DNA of 64,000 nucleotides. It comes from a virus. Position 1 is the stretch's first letter. Each line of letters starts with the position of its first letter. Positions 39,023 to 48,191 of this stretch are shown here, piece after piece. A model generated the notes under the pieces. That model was not told where the DNA came from, did not search any database, and saw only the letters and a program-made list of their open reading frames with translations. Both the position numbers and the translations under genes were made by a program. The stretch is taken from IMG/VR virus record IMGVR_UViG_3300029922_000007, positions 1 to 64,000 of that record; one strand, given 5' to 3'.

Positions 39023-39490
39023 TTACGTGTTACCTTGGAAGCCCCAATCAATACTTTTGAGCGTCTGAACAGGAGTAGCAGCATTCACTGAAGCTTCAGT
39101 AACAGCCGTACCATTTGCAATAGCAATTTCCTGAAAAACAGTGCCAGTGCGAGTAATTTCAAAGGCAGCGGTCGTATAATCAGCAGTCGTAGGGAATGGA
39201 GCGCCAGCGCTGTTCAGCTCATAAGCGAGTTGCGTCTGAGTAGGCGTGAAAGGGTAAGTCGTATTGCCAAAAATATCAGTCGTAGGATTGATATTCATCA
39301 AACGGATGAAGAGAACGGGCTGACCTTCAGCTTCGTTACCGCCATGGCTACCGAACAACTCGGGCCAGCCCATCGCGTCTTGCGCAGCACGCCAGGTGTT
39401 GATTCCGGCGCTATTCGCCATACGAAGAGAGAGACGGTCTTGAAGGTCGCGAGCGACGCCAATGGCATGATCAAGTGAGTAAAGGGCCAT
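39023..39490 (-). CDS. Putative capsid-associated protein
   Basis: First gene of the capsid operon; AAGGAG SD. Confidence 0.55.
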   Translation of the reverse strand: MALYSLDHAIGVARDLQDRLSLRMANSAGINTWRAAQDAMGWPELFGSHGGNEAEGQPVLFIRLMNINPTTDIFGNTTYPFTPTQTQLAYELNSAGAPFPTTADYTTAAFEITRTGTVFQEIAIANGTAVTEASVNAATPVQTLKSIDWGFQGNT

Positions 39491-39692
39491 GATAAATTCT
39501 CCTTAAAAATCTTATATTTAGTACTAAGTTGCCGCTTCTATCGATAAATGCGGCTTAACCAATTGGTTTCAAAGGTAAGATTCGTATTACGAAAAAATAG
39601 TGTATGAAAACATATAGTTATTAGAAACAGTTTTAGTAATCAAAAAACAATCCCATGATATAGAACATTTGAATCGAGACAATCTTATCTAT

Positions 39693-40451
39693 ATGAAGAC
39701 CTGTACTAAATGTAAAGAAAACAAAGACTTAATCAAGTTCTCTAAACGCAAAAAGGCTATGGATGGCCGTAGAGAACATTGCAAGGAGTGCGAAAAGAAA
39801 ATTAAGCAAGAAAAAAGAGACGAAAAATGGAAACTCATGCTTATCGCGGATGAAGCCCGTTTAATTCGTGAGGAAAAACGTAAAAGCGATACCAAAAAGA
39901 AAATTGAAGAAAAAAGAAAACATGCCGAACTGGGAATAAGAATTTGTACGAAATGTAAGGAAATCAAGGACCTAAAAAGTTTTAAGAAAAGAAAGTTACG
40001 CCTGGTAGAAGGCCCTAAGCCTGGATTTGCCGCAATTTGTAAAAAATGCTATAGTAAAGAGCAAGTCCGTTATGCGAAGGAAAGAAAGAGGGTAGATCCC
40101 GCATTTAAACTTAAATGCAGCCTGAGAACTCGCATAACTAATATGATGGCCCAGTACGTAAAAACGGGAATAAAAGAGCCTAAATCCGGTTCCGCTGTGA
40201 GAGATTTAGGCTGCAGTATAGAAGATTTTTGTAAATATATCGAATCCCTATGGCAATCAGGTATGTCCTGGGATAACTACGGAAATAAGGAGGGGCAATG
40301 GAGTCTAGATCACATATTCCCACTTTCCAGGATCGATCTGACAGATAGAGAACAATTCTTAAGGGCAAATCACTATACTAACCTGCAGCCTATGTGGCAT
40401 ATTGAGAACATCATTAAAAGCGACAAACTCCTCTCCAATCTTATCTATTAG
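39693..40451 (+). CDS. HNH homing endonuclease with two Zn-finger modules
   Basis: CTKCKE twice; LGCS...MSWDNYG...WSLDHIFP...NHYTNLQPMW..EN..K. Confidence 0.85.
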   Translation: MKTCTKCKENKDLIKFSKRKKAMDGRREHCKECEKKIKQEKRDEKWKLMLIADEARLIREEKRKSDTKKKIEEKRKHAELGIRICTKCKEIKDLKSFKKRKLRLVEGPKPGFAAICKKCYSKEQVRYAKERKRVDPAFKLKCSLRTRITNMMAQYVKTGIKEPKSGSAVRDLGCSIEDFCKYIESLWQSGMSWDNYGNKEGQWSLDHIFPLSRIDLTDREQFLRANHYTNLQPMWHIENIIKSDKLLSNLIY

Positions 40452-40461
40452 AGGTATTTTT

Positions 40462-41886
40462 ATGTCGACGTTTATTCATGGTTGCGCTTCAGTCCAATCT
40501 ATTGATACTGCTAGTGAAATCGTAGATATTCGTGGGCTAGACATAACCTCTCTTGCTCGCAGTGGAATTTTGAACTTTGAGCACGATCAAGGCAAAGACG
40601 CTGAGGGTAAGCTTATTACCATTAAGCTTCCGGCCCAAATTGTCGGAAAAATCCTTAAGGCTAAGAAGCTCTTTAGTTCCAGCGACTGCACCACCCCCAG
40701 CGAAACATACTTCTGGAACAAAACTAAAATCCCATTTGTTTATATTTTGGCCGAACTCCTAGATGATTATTGCGATAGCGCCAGGGAATGTGCCGGTAAG
40801 TTTAAATACAGCAAAGACCGTCCAGACCTACAGGCCATTTTAGGTTTCTCAGTTGAGGGCTCAGAGCTACCAGGATCCAGGGTCAATAAGATTTTGATTG
40901 GCAGGTCTATTGCTCGTAAGGTCACGTTGACTTCTACCCCAGCAAACCATATGTGTATAGCCGAAATATACGATGAGGCCATGGATTCTGCGGTAAAAGA
41001 TGAGTTTGAATCCCTATTTCGATCCGAACAAGAAGCGGTTACATTATTTAAATCGGACGAAGGCTCTAGACTTTACGATCAGTTCTTGCTTAAAAAAGAA
41101 ATCGATTTCAAACATACTCCAAAATTCGGCCCCATTAGTTCAGTAGCTAAGATGCCGGGCATTCCTATTGGGCAGACTAAAAGCGGCAAAGATGTAATGA
41201 GCCATCTCAAGCCTAACGACTATAAGGGTTGGTCTACTCAAGACCACAGAGACGCTGGGAATATTCACTATTCTAACGCTGAAGCTGGTAAGGGGGTTCC
41301 AGGTGCTACCCATTTTGATAGCGCTAAAAGGCACTTAGCTTTTGCTAACAAAAGTGAACCCATGGCTAAGGGAGAAGATCTTAAAAAAGACGCTAACATG
41401 GCCGCTCCTCCAGCTGAACCAAATGCTGCTAATGCTCAATCTATGCAAAATGGAGGTACATCTGGCGGGACATCTTTTAGTCAAGCTATGTCCAATCTCT
41501 CAAGCGGACTCGGGCTTAGCAAAAAAGATAAATCGAAACAAAAACCTCTTCAGAAGGCCGTAGAGGCTGGAAGTTATAATGCAGCTCCTTCCTCATTAGT
41601 TAATGGCGCAGCTTATCAGGTTGAAGGGCTTTCTTCAAAGCAAGCAAAGACTGGAGCTGAAGATCACAATTTTCAGGGCACCAAGAAAAAGACTGATTGG
41701 AATAAGCGCTCTAAGGACGAGTACGAGCGTTGGCCTCAAAGAGAAGCTTTTGAGAAGTTTATGTCTGCTAGGATGCCTCATCTTGCTCTTGGAGAGATCA
41801 AGGCTGTTGGCCGCGCTCTGGCCCTAAGTAAGTCTTTAGATCTAGAGAGATCCTTAATTCTACTTGTTGACAAAAAACGTAAATAG
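40462..41886 (+). CDS. Prohead protease with C-terminal extension
   Basis: G.AS....D...EIV, NFEH, LGFSVEG and VTLTSTPAN motifs; GAGG SD. Confidence 0.8.
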   Translation: MSTFIHGCASVQSIDTASEIVDIRGLDITSLARSGILNFEHDQGKDAEGKLITIKLPAQIVGKILKAKKLFSSSDCTTPSETYFWNKTKIPFVYILAELLDDYCDSARECAGKFKYSKDRPDLQAILGFSVEGSELPGSRVNKILIGRSIARKVTLTSTPANHMCIAEIYDEAMDSAVKDEFESLFRSEQEAVTLFKSDEGSRLYDQFLLKKEIDFKHTPKFGPISSVAKMPGIPIGQTKSGKDVMSHLKPNDYKGWSTQDHRDAGNIHYSNAEAGKGVPGATHFDSAKRHLAFANKSEPMAKGEDLKKDANMAAPPAEPNAANAQSMQNGGTSGGTSFSQAMSNLSSGLGLSKKDKSKQKPLQKAVEAGSYNAAPSSLVNGAAYQVEGLSSKQAKTGAEDHNFQGTKKKTDWNKRSKDEYERWPQREAFEKFMSARMPHLALGEIKAVGRALALSKSLDLERSLILLVDKKRK

Positions 41887-41906
41887 TTCTATGATATAAC
41901 CATATT

Positions 41907-42599
41907 ATGTTGATTTACATGATAACCAATAAAATAAGCGGAAATCGATATATCGGACAAACAGTCCAAAGGTTGGAGAAGCGATGGTGCCAACATTGCA
42001 ATCTGACTCCCAACTCTAAACACAGAAATATGCCTATTGTGAGAGCCATCCAAAAGTATGGCAGGGAGAACTTTGAAATCAAAGTATTGGCTAGATGCGC
42101 CTCTATTGAAGAAATGAATCACAGAGAAGAATACTACATCAAGATATTCAACACGTTATCTCCCAATGGGTATAATTTGGACAGCGGTGGTAAAAATAGA
42201 AGGACCCATCAATCAACCAAAGACAAGCTGTCTAAGATACACAAGGGAAGGCCGGGGAAAGCACCCTCTCAAGAAACCAGAGATAAAATAGCCAAGGCTA
42301 ATTTTGGTAAAAAGTGCTCGAAGAAAACTCGAAATAAAATGTCTGAGTCTAGATCTGGGTCGAACAATCCTAATTTTGGCGGCAAATCCGTTACGGAAAA
42401 ACAAAGGCAGGCATTAAGAGAGTATAGTACGGGAAGACCCTCTCCTAGACGTAAGAAAGTACTTTGCGTTACAACTGGAACAGTTTATCCATTTCTTATG
42501 GAAGCCGCTAAAGTATTGGGAATAAATTTTCAGGCAATTGCTAGAGTTTGTAGCGGCGAAAGACCTCACACGCACGGACTAATTTTTAAGTATATTTAG
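41907..42599 (+). CDS. GIY-YIG homing endonuclease
   Basis: LIYMITN...RYIGQT; NUMOD3 and NUMOD1 motifs. Confidence 0.9.
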   Translation: MLIYMITNKISGNRYIGQTVQRLEKRWCQHCNLTPNSKHRNMPIVRAIQKYGRENFEIKVLARCASIEEMNHREEYYIKIFNTLSPNGYNLDSGGKNRRTHQSTKDKLSKIHKGRPGKAPSQETRDKIAKANFGKKCSKKTRNKMSESRSGSNNPNFGGKSVTEKQRQALREYSTGRPSPRRKKVLCVTTGTVYPFLMEAAKVLGINFQAIARVCSGERPHTHGLIFKYI

Positions 42600-42636
42600 T
42601 TCTTTACTTCCTAGCCGTCTTACCATATAGTCTTAG

Positions 42637-42754
42637 ATGTAGCGGGTGTACTACAGGGTAACACCCCATCCAAGGATAGGGTTCGAAACCGATTCCAGAG
42701 CGCTATTACTGCCAAGGATTCTTGGCGGGTAAGTGTTTTAGCGGCCCGCTACAT
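42637..42754 (+). ncRNA. Structured RNA of unknown class
   Basis: 11-bp closing stem ATGTAGCGGGT/GCCCGCTACAT enclosing GGG-TAACA-CCC, GG-TTCGAAA-CC and a long hairpin; begins just after TATAGT. Confidence 0.6.
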
Positions 42755-42769
42755 TTTAAAAGGAATCTT

Positions 42770-42988
42770 ATGCCTAAAGCTATCTTGGAATTCAATCTCC
42801 CCGAAGAACGCCATGAATTCGAAACAGCCTCAAATGGCCAAAACTACCTATCCGCCCTCCATGATCTCGATAACTACTTGCGTTCTAAGCTCAAGTATGA
42901 AGAATTGCCAGATCAAGTTAGGGAAGCTTTGCAATCCACTAGGGATGAGCTTCACGCTATTTTGCTTGATAATGGTGTAGAGATTTAA
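42770..42988 (+). CDS. Hypothetical phage protein
   Basis: MPKAILEFNLPEE motif; AAGGA SD. Confidence 0.65.
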   Translation: MPKAILEFNLPEERHEFETASNGQNYLSALHDLDNYLRSKLKYEELPDQVREALQSTRDELHAILLDNGVEI

Positions 42989-43097
42989 TTTGTTCTTGCT
43001 ATTCTATTCGACATGATATAATCTTAGTTGTAAGGCAGGTTTGAGTTAGTATCCTTGATTGACGTGGATACGGCTTAGACCTAGATAAGGAGCCCCC

Positions 43098-43865
43098 ATG
43101 CTATACTTAAACGGTCTTCCCGTTCCCACCACTATGTTTTCAGACAATACCTCTCAGGTCTGGAAGCTCCCCGAAGAAATCCTCACTACAACCAATTTTG
43201 CTCATGTAACTTGGGAGTTTAGCAATGAAGGTGAATTCCTTCAACTTGCTCAACTTAAGTTGCTCCTAGATCATTACGATTTTAGGACAGTACTCAGACT
43301 TCCCTATCTTCCTTATGGTCGCCAAGATAAGGAGCCTAGCAATACCGCTACATTTGCTCTTTATGCCTTCGCTGAACTTCTCAACCATCTTGGGTTCGAG
43401 GAAGTTATCTGCATGGACCCACATAGTTCTGTGGCCGAGGAGCTTATCTATAATTTTAAAGCTATTTACCCTGTAGATAAGATCTATGAGGTCGCAAAGC
43501 TTGTAGAAGCAAACCTTTTCTGTTATCCAGATGCTGGCGCTTTCGAGAAATATATCAATCTGCTTAAGGGTGGCCATATCTATGGTGAGAAGGTTCGAGA
43601 TCAGCTCACCGGCAACATTACAAGCTATAAACTGATTGGAACGCCTATCGGAACTGTTCTCATAGTGGACGATATTTGTGATGGCGGTATGACATTTAAA
43701 CTTTTGGCCAAAGACCTACTGGCTGCGGGTGCAAAGAGCGTGGTGCTCTTCGTGACTCATGGGATCTTTTCGAAGGGAACTAGAACTCTCTTCGAATCGG
43801 GTATCCAACGGATTTTCACTCACGCTGGTGAAGTAAGTGAACGTCAAGGCACAATTCAAATATAG
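43098..43865 (+). CDS. PRPP-synthetase-like protein, probable NARP1 ADPR-PP synthetase (Adps)
   Basis: LPYLPYGRQD, MDPHS, PDAGA and IVDDICDGGMT motifs; adjacent to a Nampt homolog. Confidence 0.85.
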   Translation: MLYLNGLPVPTTMFSDNTSQVWKLPEEILTTTNFAHVTWEFSNEGEFLQLAQLKLLLDHYDFRTVLRLPYLPYGRQDKEPSNTATFALYAFAELLNHLGFEEVICMDPHSSVAEELIYNFKAIYPVDKIYEVAKLVEANLFCYPDAGAFEKYINLLKGGHIYGEKVRDQLTGNITSYKLIGTPIGTVLIVDDICDGGMTFKLLAKDLLAAGAKSVVLFVTHGIFSKGTRTLFESGIQRIFTHAGEVSERQGTIQI

Positions 43866-43875
43866 GATATTATAT

Positions 43876-45348
43876 ATGAAAAATCTGAACGCAATGTTGT
43901 TGGCCGATTTCTATAAGGTTAGTCATAAAAATATGTACCCGGTTGGTACCGAAGTGGTGTTTTCAACTTGGACCCCTCGTGCTAGCCGTATGAAAGGCGT
44001 TGACGAAGTGGTAGCCTTTGGTCAGCAAGCTTTCATCAAGGAATTTTTGATCGATTTCTTCAATCTGAATTTTTTCCACCAAGCTAAGGCCGACGTAGTT
44101 AAAGAATATTCCAGAATTATCAAGAATACTCTAGGGGTTGCTAATCCAGAGACAAAGCATATCGAAGAGCTGCATGATCTTGGGTACCTTCCTCTTTTGA
44201 TTAAATCTGTCCCAGAAGGGACTTTGGTACCTTTGCGGGTTCCAATGATGACCATTCAAAACACCGATAAGCGCTTCTTTTGGCTTACCAATTTTGTTGA
44301 GAGCTTGGCTTCCTGCCAGCTTTGGCAGCCTTCGACTTCAGCAACTATTGCTGGAGAATATCGGAAGATCTTGGATGAAGCTTCTCTGAAAACGGTTGGA
44401 AATACTGATTTCGTTCCCTTCCAAGGGCATGATTTTAGCTTTCGCGGTATGTCTTCCCTTCAGTCTGCAATGTCGAGTGGGATGGGGCACCTCCTCTCCT
44501 TCGTTGGTACGGACACGATTCCCGCCATTCAGGCCGCAGAATACTACTATGGAGCCAATGTTGAAAAAGAGTTGGTTGGGACATCGATTCCAGCCACCGA
44601 GCACTCTATCCAATGTAGCTACGGTAATGACTTGGAATACCTGACTCAAATGATGTCCGTAGTACATCCTTCGGGCTTCGTGTCCATTGTTTCCGATGGG
44701 TATGATTTCTGGGATGTTATCGGTAGGGTTATTCCAGCCCTTAAAGACAAAATCATGGCTCGTGATGGCCGTGTTGTCATTCGACCTGATTCCGGTGACC
44801 CAGTTAAGATCGTTTGTGGTGATCCAGATGCACCTAAGGGTAGTTTGGAGTATAAGGGCGCAGTCGAAGCCCTTTGGGATATCTTCGGAGGCACTGAAAC
44901 CGGAAAAGGATATAAAGTCCTCGATTCTCACATTGGCCTGATCTATGGAGACGCCATCACCCTTTTTAGGGCTAAAGATATTGTAACTAAGTTGGCTGAA
45001 AAAGGATTCGCTTCCATTAACGTGGTTTTTGGGATTGGGTCGTATACCTATCAGTACAATACTCGTGATACCTTCGGATTTGCTCTCAAGAGCACTTTAT
45101 GTGTCATAAATGGCGTTGAAAAGCAGATCTTCAAAGACCCAAAGACTGATGATGGAATCAAAAAATCTCAAAAAGGTAAGGTTCATGTCTACAAAAGTGG
45201 CGGAAAGATTACCTTTAGCGATGGCCACGACCTAAATTCGGAGCTTTCAACGGATCTCTTGCAACCCATCTTCAAAGATGGTAAGCTGGTCCGAGAAGAA
45301 AGTTTCGCTCAAGTCAGGGCAAAACTTAAGGAGAACGCAAATGGGTGA
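43876..45348 (+). CDS. Nampt-like protein, probable NARP1 Namat
   Basis: LADFYKVSH, HDFSFRG, PATEHS, VIRPDSGDP, IYGD and KKSQKG motifs. Confidence 0.9.
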   Translation: MKNLNAMLLADFYKVSHKNMYPVGTEVVFSTWTPRASRMKGVDEVVAFGQQAFIKEFLIDFFNLNFFHQAKADVVKEYSRIIKNTLGVANPETKHIEELHDLGYLPLLIKSVPEGTLVPLRVPMMTIQNTDKRFFWLTNFVESLASCQLWQPSTSATIAGEYRKILDEASLKTVGNTDFVPFQGHDFSFRGMSSLQSAMSSGMGHLLSFVGTDTIPAIQAAEYYYGANVEKELVGTSIPATEHSIQCSYGNDLEYLTQMMSVVHPSGFVSIVSDGYDFWDVIGRVIPALKDKIMARDGRVVIRPDSGDPVKIVCGDPDAPKGSLEYKGAVEALWDIFGGTETGKGYKVLDSHIGLIYGDAITLFRAKDIVTKLAEKGFASINVVFGIGSYTYQYNTRDTFGFALKSTLCVINGVEKQIFKDPKTDDGIKKSQKGKVHVYKSGGKITFSDGHDLNSELSTDLLQPIFKDGKLVREESFAQVRAKLKENANG

Positions 45349-45823
45349 TGAAAAGTTTCATTTTTTCTACGGTGGACCCTTTAGCCAATGGTATAGGAGC
45401 GTATTTGAGATCGATGGAGTAAAGTATAACTGTGCAGAACAGTATATGATGGCTATGAAGGCCACTTATTTCAATGATACGGACGCCTTAGCCAAGATCA
45501 TGAAAGCTCATGACCCTTCTACCCAAAAAGCAACCGGTAGGATGGTTAAGAACTTTGACGCAGAGTCTTGGGATGCTGTGTCTAGAGGGTTCGTTTATAA
45601 GGCCAATATGGCTAAGTTCGCAACTCCTTATTTGAAGGAATTTATTCTTTCTACCCATAATGAGGAAATTGTTGAAGCCAGCCCTGTAGACCGTATTTGG
45701 GGTATCGGGCTGTCTGAAAGAGATCCTGACCGATTCGATAAATCAAAGTGGCGTGGCAAAAATTGGCTTGGTGAAGTTTTGATGAAAGTCAGGGAAGACT
45801 TGAGATCTGGAGCTAAAAGCTAA
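45341..45823 (+). CDS. NADAR (YbiA/DUF1768) family protein
   Basis: FSQWY, AEQYMM..KA..F.D, VEASPVDRIWGIG and GKNWLG motifs. Confidence 0.9.
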   Translation: MGDEKFHFFYGGPFSQWYRSVFEIDGVKYNCAEQYMMAMKATYFNDTDALAKIMKAHDPSTQKATGRMVKNFDAESWDAVSRGFVYKANMAKFATPYLKEFILSTHNEEIVEASPVDRIWGIGLSERDPDRFDKSKWRGKNWLGEVLMKVREDLRSGAKS

Positions 45824-45824
45824 C

Positions 45825-46298
45825 ATGAAGGTCATTAAGTCTCCACAGGCATTCCCTAAAAAAGTCTTTAAGGCCTATCGAACTCCATCTGTATTTCTAG
45901 CCGGAAGCATTGAAATGGGTAAAGCCGTTGATTGGCAGACTCGTGTAACTAACGAACTATCCGAAGAGAACGTCCTCATTTTGAATCCCCGAAGGGACGA
46001 TTGGGATTCTTCGTGGGAGCAAAAAATAGAGAATGCTCAATTCAAGCAACAGGTGGAATGGGAACTTGACGCGCTAGAGTATGCCGATTGGATCCTGATG
46101 TATTTTGATCCTAGTACTAAGTCCCCTATTTCGCTGCTGGAACTCGGCCTATTTGCTGAAACTGGAAAATTAATTGTATGCTGTCCAGAAGGCTTTTGGC
46201 GTAAAGGTAACGTTGACATAGTTTGCGAAAAATATGGAGTGCCTCAAGTTGACAGTATTGAAGAGCTAATTGAAAATCTTATAGGAGAACTAGAGTAA
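45825..46298 (+). CDS. Nucleoside 2-deoxyribosyltransferase-like protein
   Basis: VFLAGSIEMG..DWQ, NPRR, QVEWE and SPISLLELG motifs. Confidence 0.85.
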   Translation: MKVIKSPQAFPKKVFKAYRTPSVFLAGSIEMGKAVDWQTRVTNELSEENVLILNPRRDDWDSSWEQKIENAQFKQQVEWELDALEYADWILMYFDPSTKSPISLLELGLFAETGKLIVCCPEGFWRKGNVDIVCEKYGVPQVDSIEELIENLIGELE

Positions 46299-46741
46299 TG
46301 AGCAACGTAACTATCGTCAAGGGTTCCCTTTTTGATGCCCCTAAGGGTTCCATTATCTGTCATGCCTGTAACTGCCAAGGAGTCTGGGGTTCAGGTATTG
46401 CCAAACAATTTGCCCAAAAATACCCATACGCATACAAGTTCTACAATAGAATTTGTAACGAAGGTGGGGACATTCTTGGGTCATGCCTTCTTTTGGATAC
46501 CGGAGATCATACTATTGGATGTCTTTTTACCTCGACTAACTTTGGTAGTAAGGTAGATTCAGTCCCAGAAATCTTGGATGCCACAGCCGACGCTATTGGA
46601 GATTTGATCTGGCAAAATACGGATAATAAGCCAATCCATATGTGCAAAATCAACAGTGGCTTATTTGGCGTGGACTGGAATTTGACACTTGAGGTTCTGG
46701 AGTCATATCCAGAACAAGAATTTACCGTGTGGGAGTTCTAG
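46298..46741 (+). CDS. Macrodomain protein (Poa1p/TARG1/DarG-like)
   Basis: KGSLF, HACNCQGVWGSGIAKQF and KINSGLFGVDW motifs. Confidence 0.88.
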   Translation: MSNVTIVKGSLFDAPKGSIICHACNCQGVWGSGIAKQFAQKYPYAYKFYNRICNEGGDILGSCLLLDTGDHTIGCLFTSTNFGSKVDSVPEILDATADAIGDLIWQNTDNKPIHMCKINSGLFGVDWNLTLEVLESYPEQEFTVWEF

Positions 46742-46923
46742 TTGAATAAAAAGCCTGAAAGAACAATCCTAAACATGTCGCAAATGACTGCCTGGCTAAA
46801 CGCCTACAGTTGCTGCCCTTACTGTAAGGGAAATGAGTTTTCAGACAAGACGGACACCTGCGTAAACTGTGGTGCCCCTAGAGCTAAAGTTGAAGATTTT
46901 GGTCGAGATGCGAGGGAAGACGA

Positions 46924-47247
46924 ATGAGCCTTTATAGTATGGGAGATTGTGGTCATTCTGTTGAGTTTGGCTCTAATTGCCAACAATGCGAATGGAACGA
47001 ATTATCTAAGAACATAGAGGACCTAAAAACGGAACTTGAGGAAGAGAAGAGAATTAACCGTATCCTACACTCAGACCGTAACGAAGTCTTTAAACTGTGG
47101 GATATGCATAAGTATAGGCTTTATTTGGCACTTGAAGTATTAGAGAAAATATATAGTGGACTGCCAAGCTACGGCCTTCTTGATGGTAGCGGAATTGATG
47201 CTCGTCTGGAAGTAGATAAAGCCCTTGAGAAAATTAAGGAAGAATGA
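46924..47247 (+). CDS. Hypothetical coiled-coil protein
   Basis: GAGGG SD; N-terminal Cys cluster. Confidence 0.55.
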   Translation: MSLYSMGDCGHSVEFGSNCQQCEWNELSKNIEDLKTELEEEKRINRILHSDRNEVFKLWDMHKYRLYLALEVLEKIYSGLPSYGLLDGSGIDARLEVDKALEKIKEE

Positions 47248-47248
47248 G

Positions 47249-47827
47249 TTAAGGAATAAAAAATCTGTGCCCATCCGGCTTAAGCTCTCGATAATCTAAA
47301 TGAACCCAGTTACTAGCAGGCTTATCCTCACATCGCATAGCCCAAGTATCCAATAGTTTTTCTTTGACCAAGATATCCCTTACTTCATCACAGGTCATCC
47401 CCATAAGGTCCCAGTCCATTGCCTTCCCCTCAGAATGAGCTGAGTGAAGTGCTCCCCCAATAGCCTTATTGTACTCAAGTGGTCGATAGGTAACATGTGT
47501 ATTTATCGGCTTGTCAAAATATTCCCTAACCGTATCCATCTTTTTACCAAGCTCGATGAGATTAGCTTTAACTTCCTCATTTAGTCCGTCAGCTTCATTG
47601 GCCATACGTTTCCAGGTTGGAAGATAAATCATATCGTGGACCGTAAAATACTTTGAAACTTTTTGAGTACCATCTGTCCAGTCAATGGTCGCTGGTTTGG
47701 CTTCTTCGGGTTTCGCTTCCTCAGGCTTAGGCTGCTCTTTTGGCTCTCCAATAGGAATACTGACCACTGCCTCTTTTTTGGTCAAAAGCCCCAATACCAA
47801 CTCAAGCAAGCTCTTCCACAAGTCCAT
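47249..47827 (-). CDS. Peptidase M15-type endolysin
   Basis: YR...YN..IGG...SAH..G.AMD and WVHLD; GAGG SD and CAATCTTA upstream. Confidence 0.8.
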   Translation of the reverse strand: MDLWKSLLELVLGLLTKKEAVVSIPIGEPKEQPKPEEAKPEEAKPATIDWTDGTQKVSKYFTVHDMIYLPTWKRMANEADGLNEEVKANLIELGKKMDTVREYFDKPINTHVTYRPLEYNKAIGGALHSAHSEGKAMDWDLMGMTCDEVRDILVKEKLLDTWAMRCEDKPASNWVHLDYRELKPDGHRFFIP

Positions 47828-47871
47828 AAATACCTCTTTACTTCTAATAGATTCTATCATAAGATTGGAGA

Positions 47872-48189
47872 ATGAAGTTGAGGATTCAATTTGGTCTTCT
47901 AGACTCAAAAGAAGTTTTTTGGTGGCAGGAAGTCCTTGATTTTCCTAAGCTTATTAAGTTTTGCGGCAAGAACTTCGAATGGGTATTTTATGGATCAGAC
48001 GATAGCAATGTTGTTGACTATATCTTAACATTTTCGGACCTTCCAAGCTATCATTCGGAGTACCATACGGACTGCGTTCGATGGACCGATCTATTCCCTG
48101 AGCATGTTGGCGGCTGTGAATGCGGATCTAAATATGATCGAAATGGTCCAACGCATATGTTTTATTGTAAAATGTGGAGAAAGAATTGA
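47872..48189 (+). CDS. Hypothetical protein with C-terminal CECG...H..YC motif
   Basis: GGAG SD. Confidence 0.55.
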   Translation: MKLRIQFGLLDSKEVFWWQEVLDFPKLIKFCGKNFEWVFYGSDDSNVVDYILTFSDLPSYHSEYHTDCVRWTDLFPEHVGGCECGSKYDRNGPTHMFYCKMWRKN

Positions 48190-48191
48190 AT

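Noticed and set aside
43098-45348. NARP2 or ordinary NAD salvage
   Set aside because: No Nmnat/NadM partner is adjacent; the Prs-like + Nampt-like pair fits NARP1 better, though this is untested.
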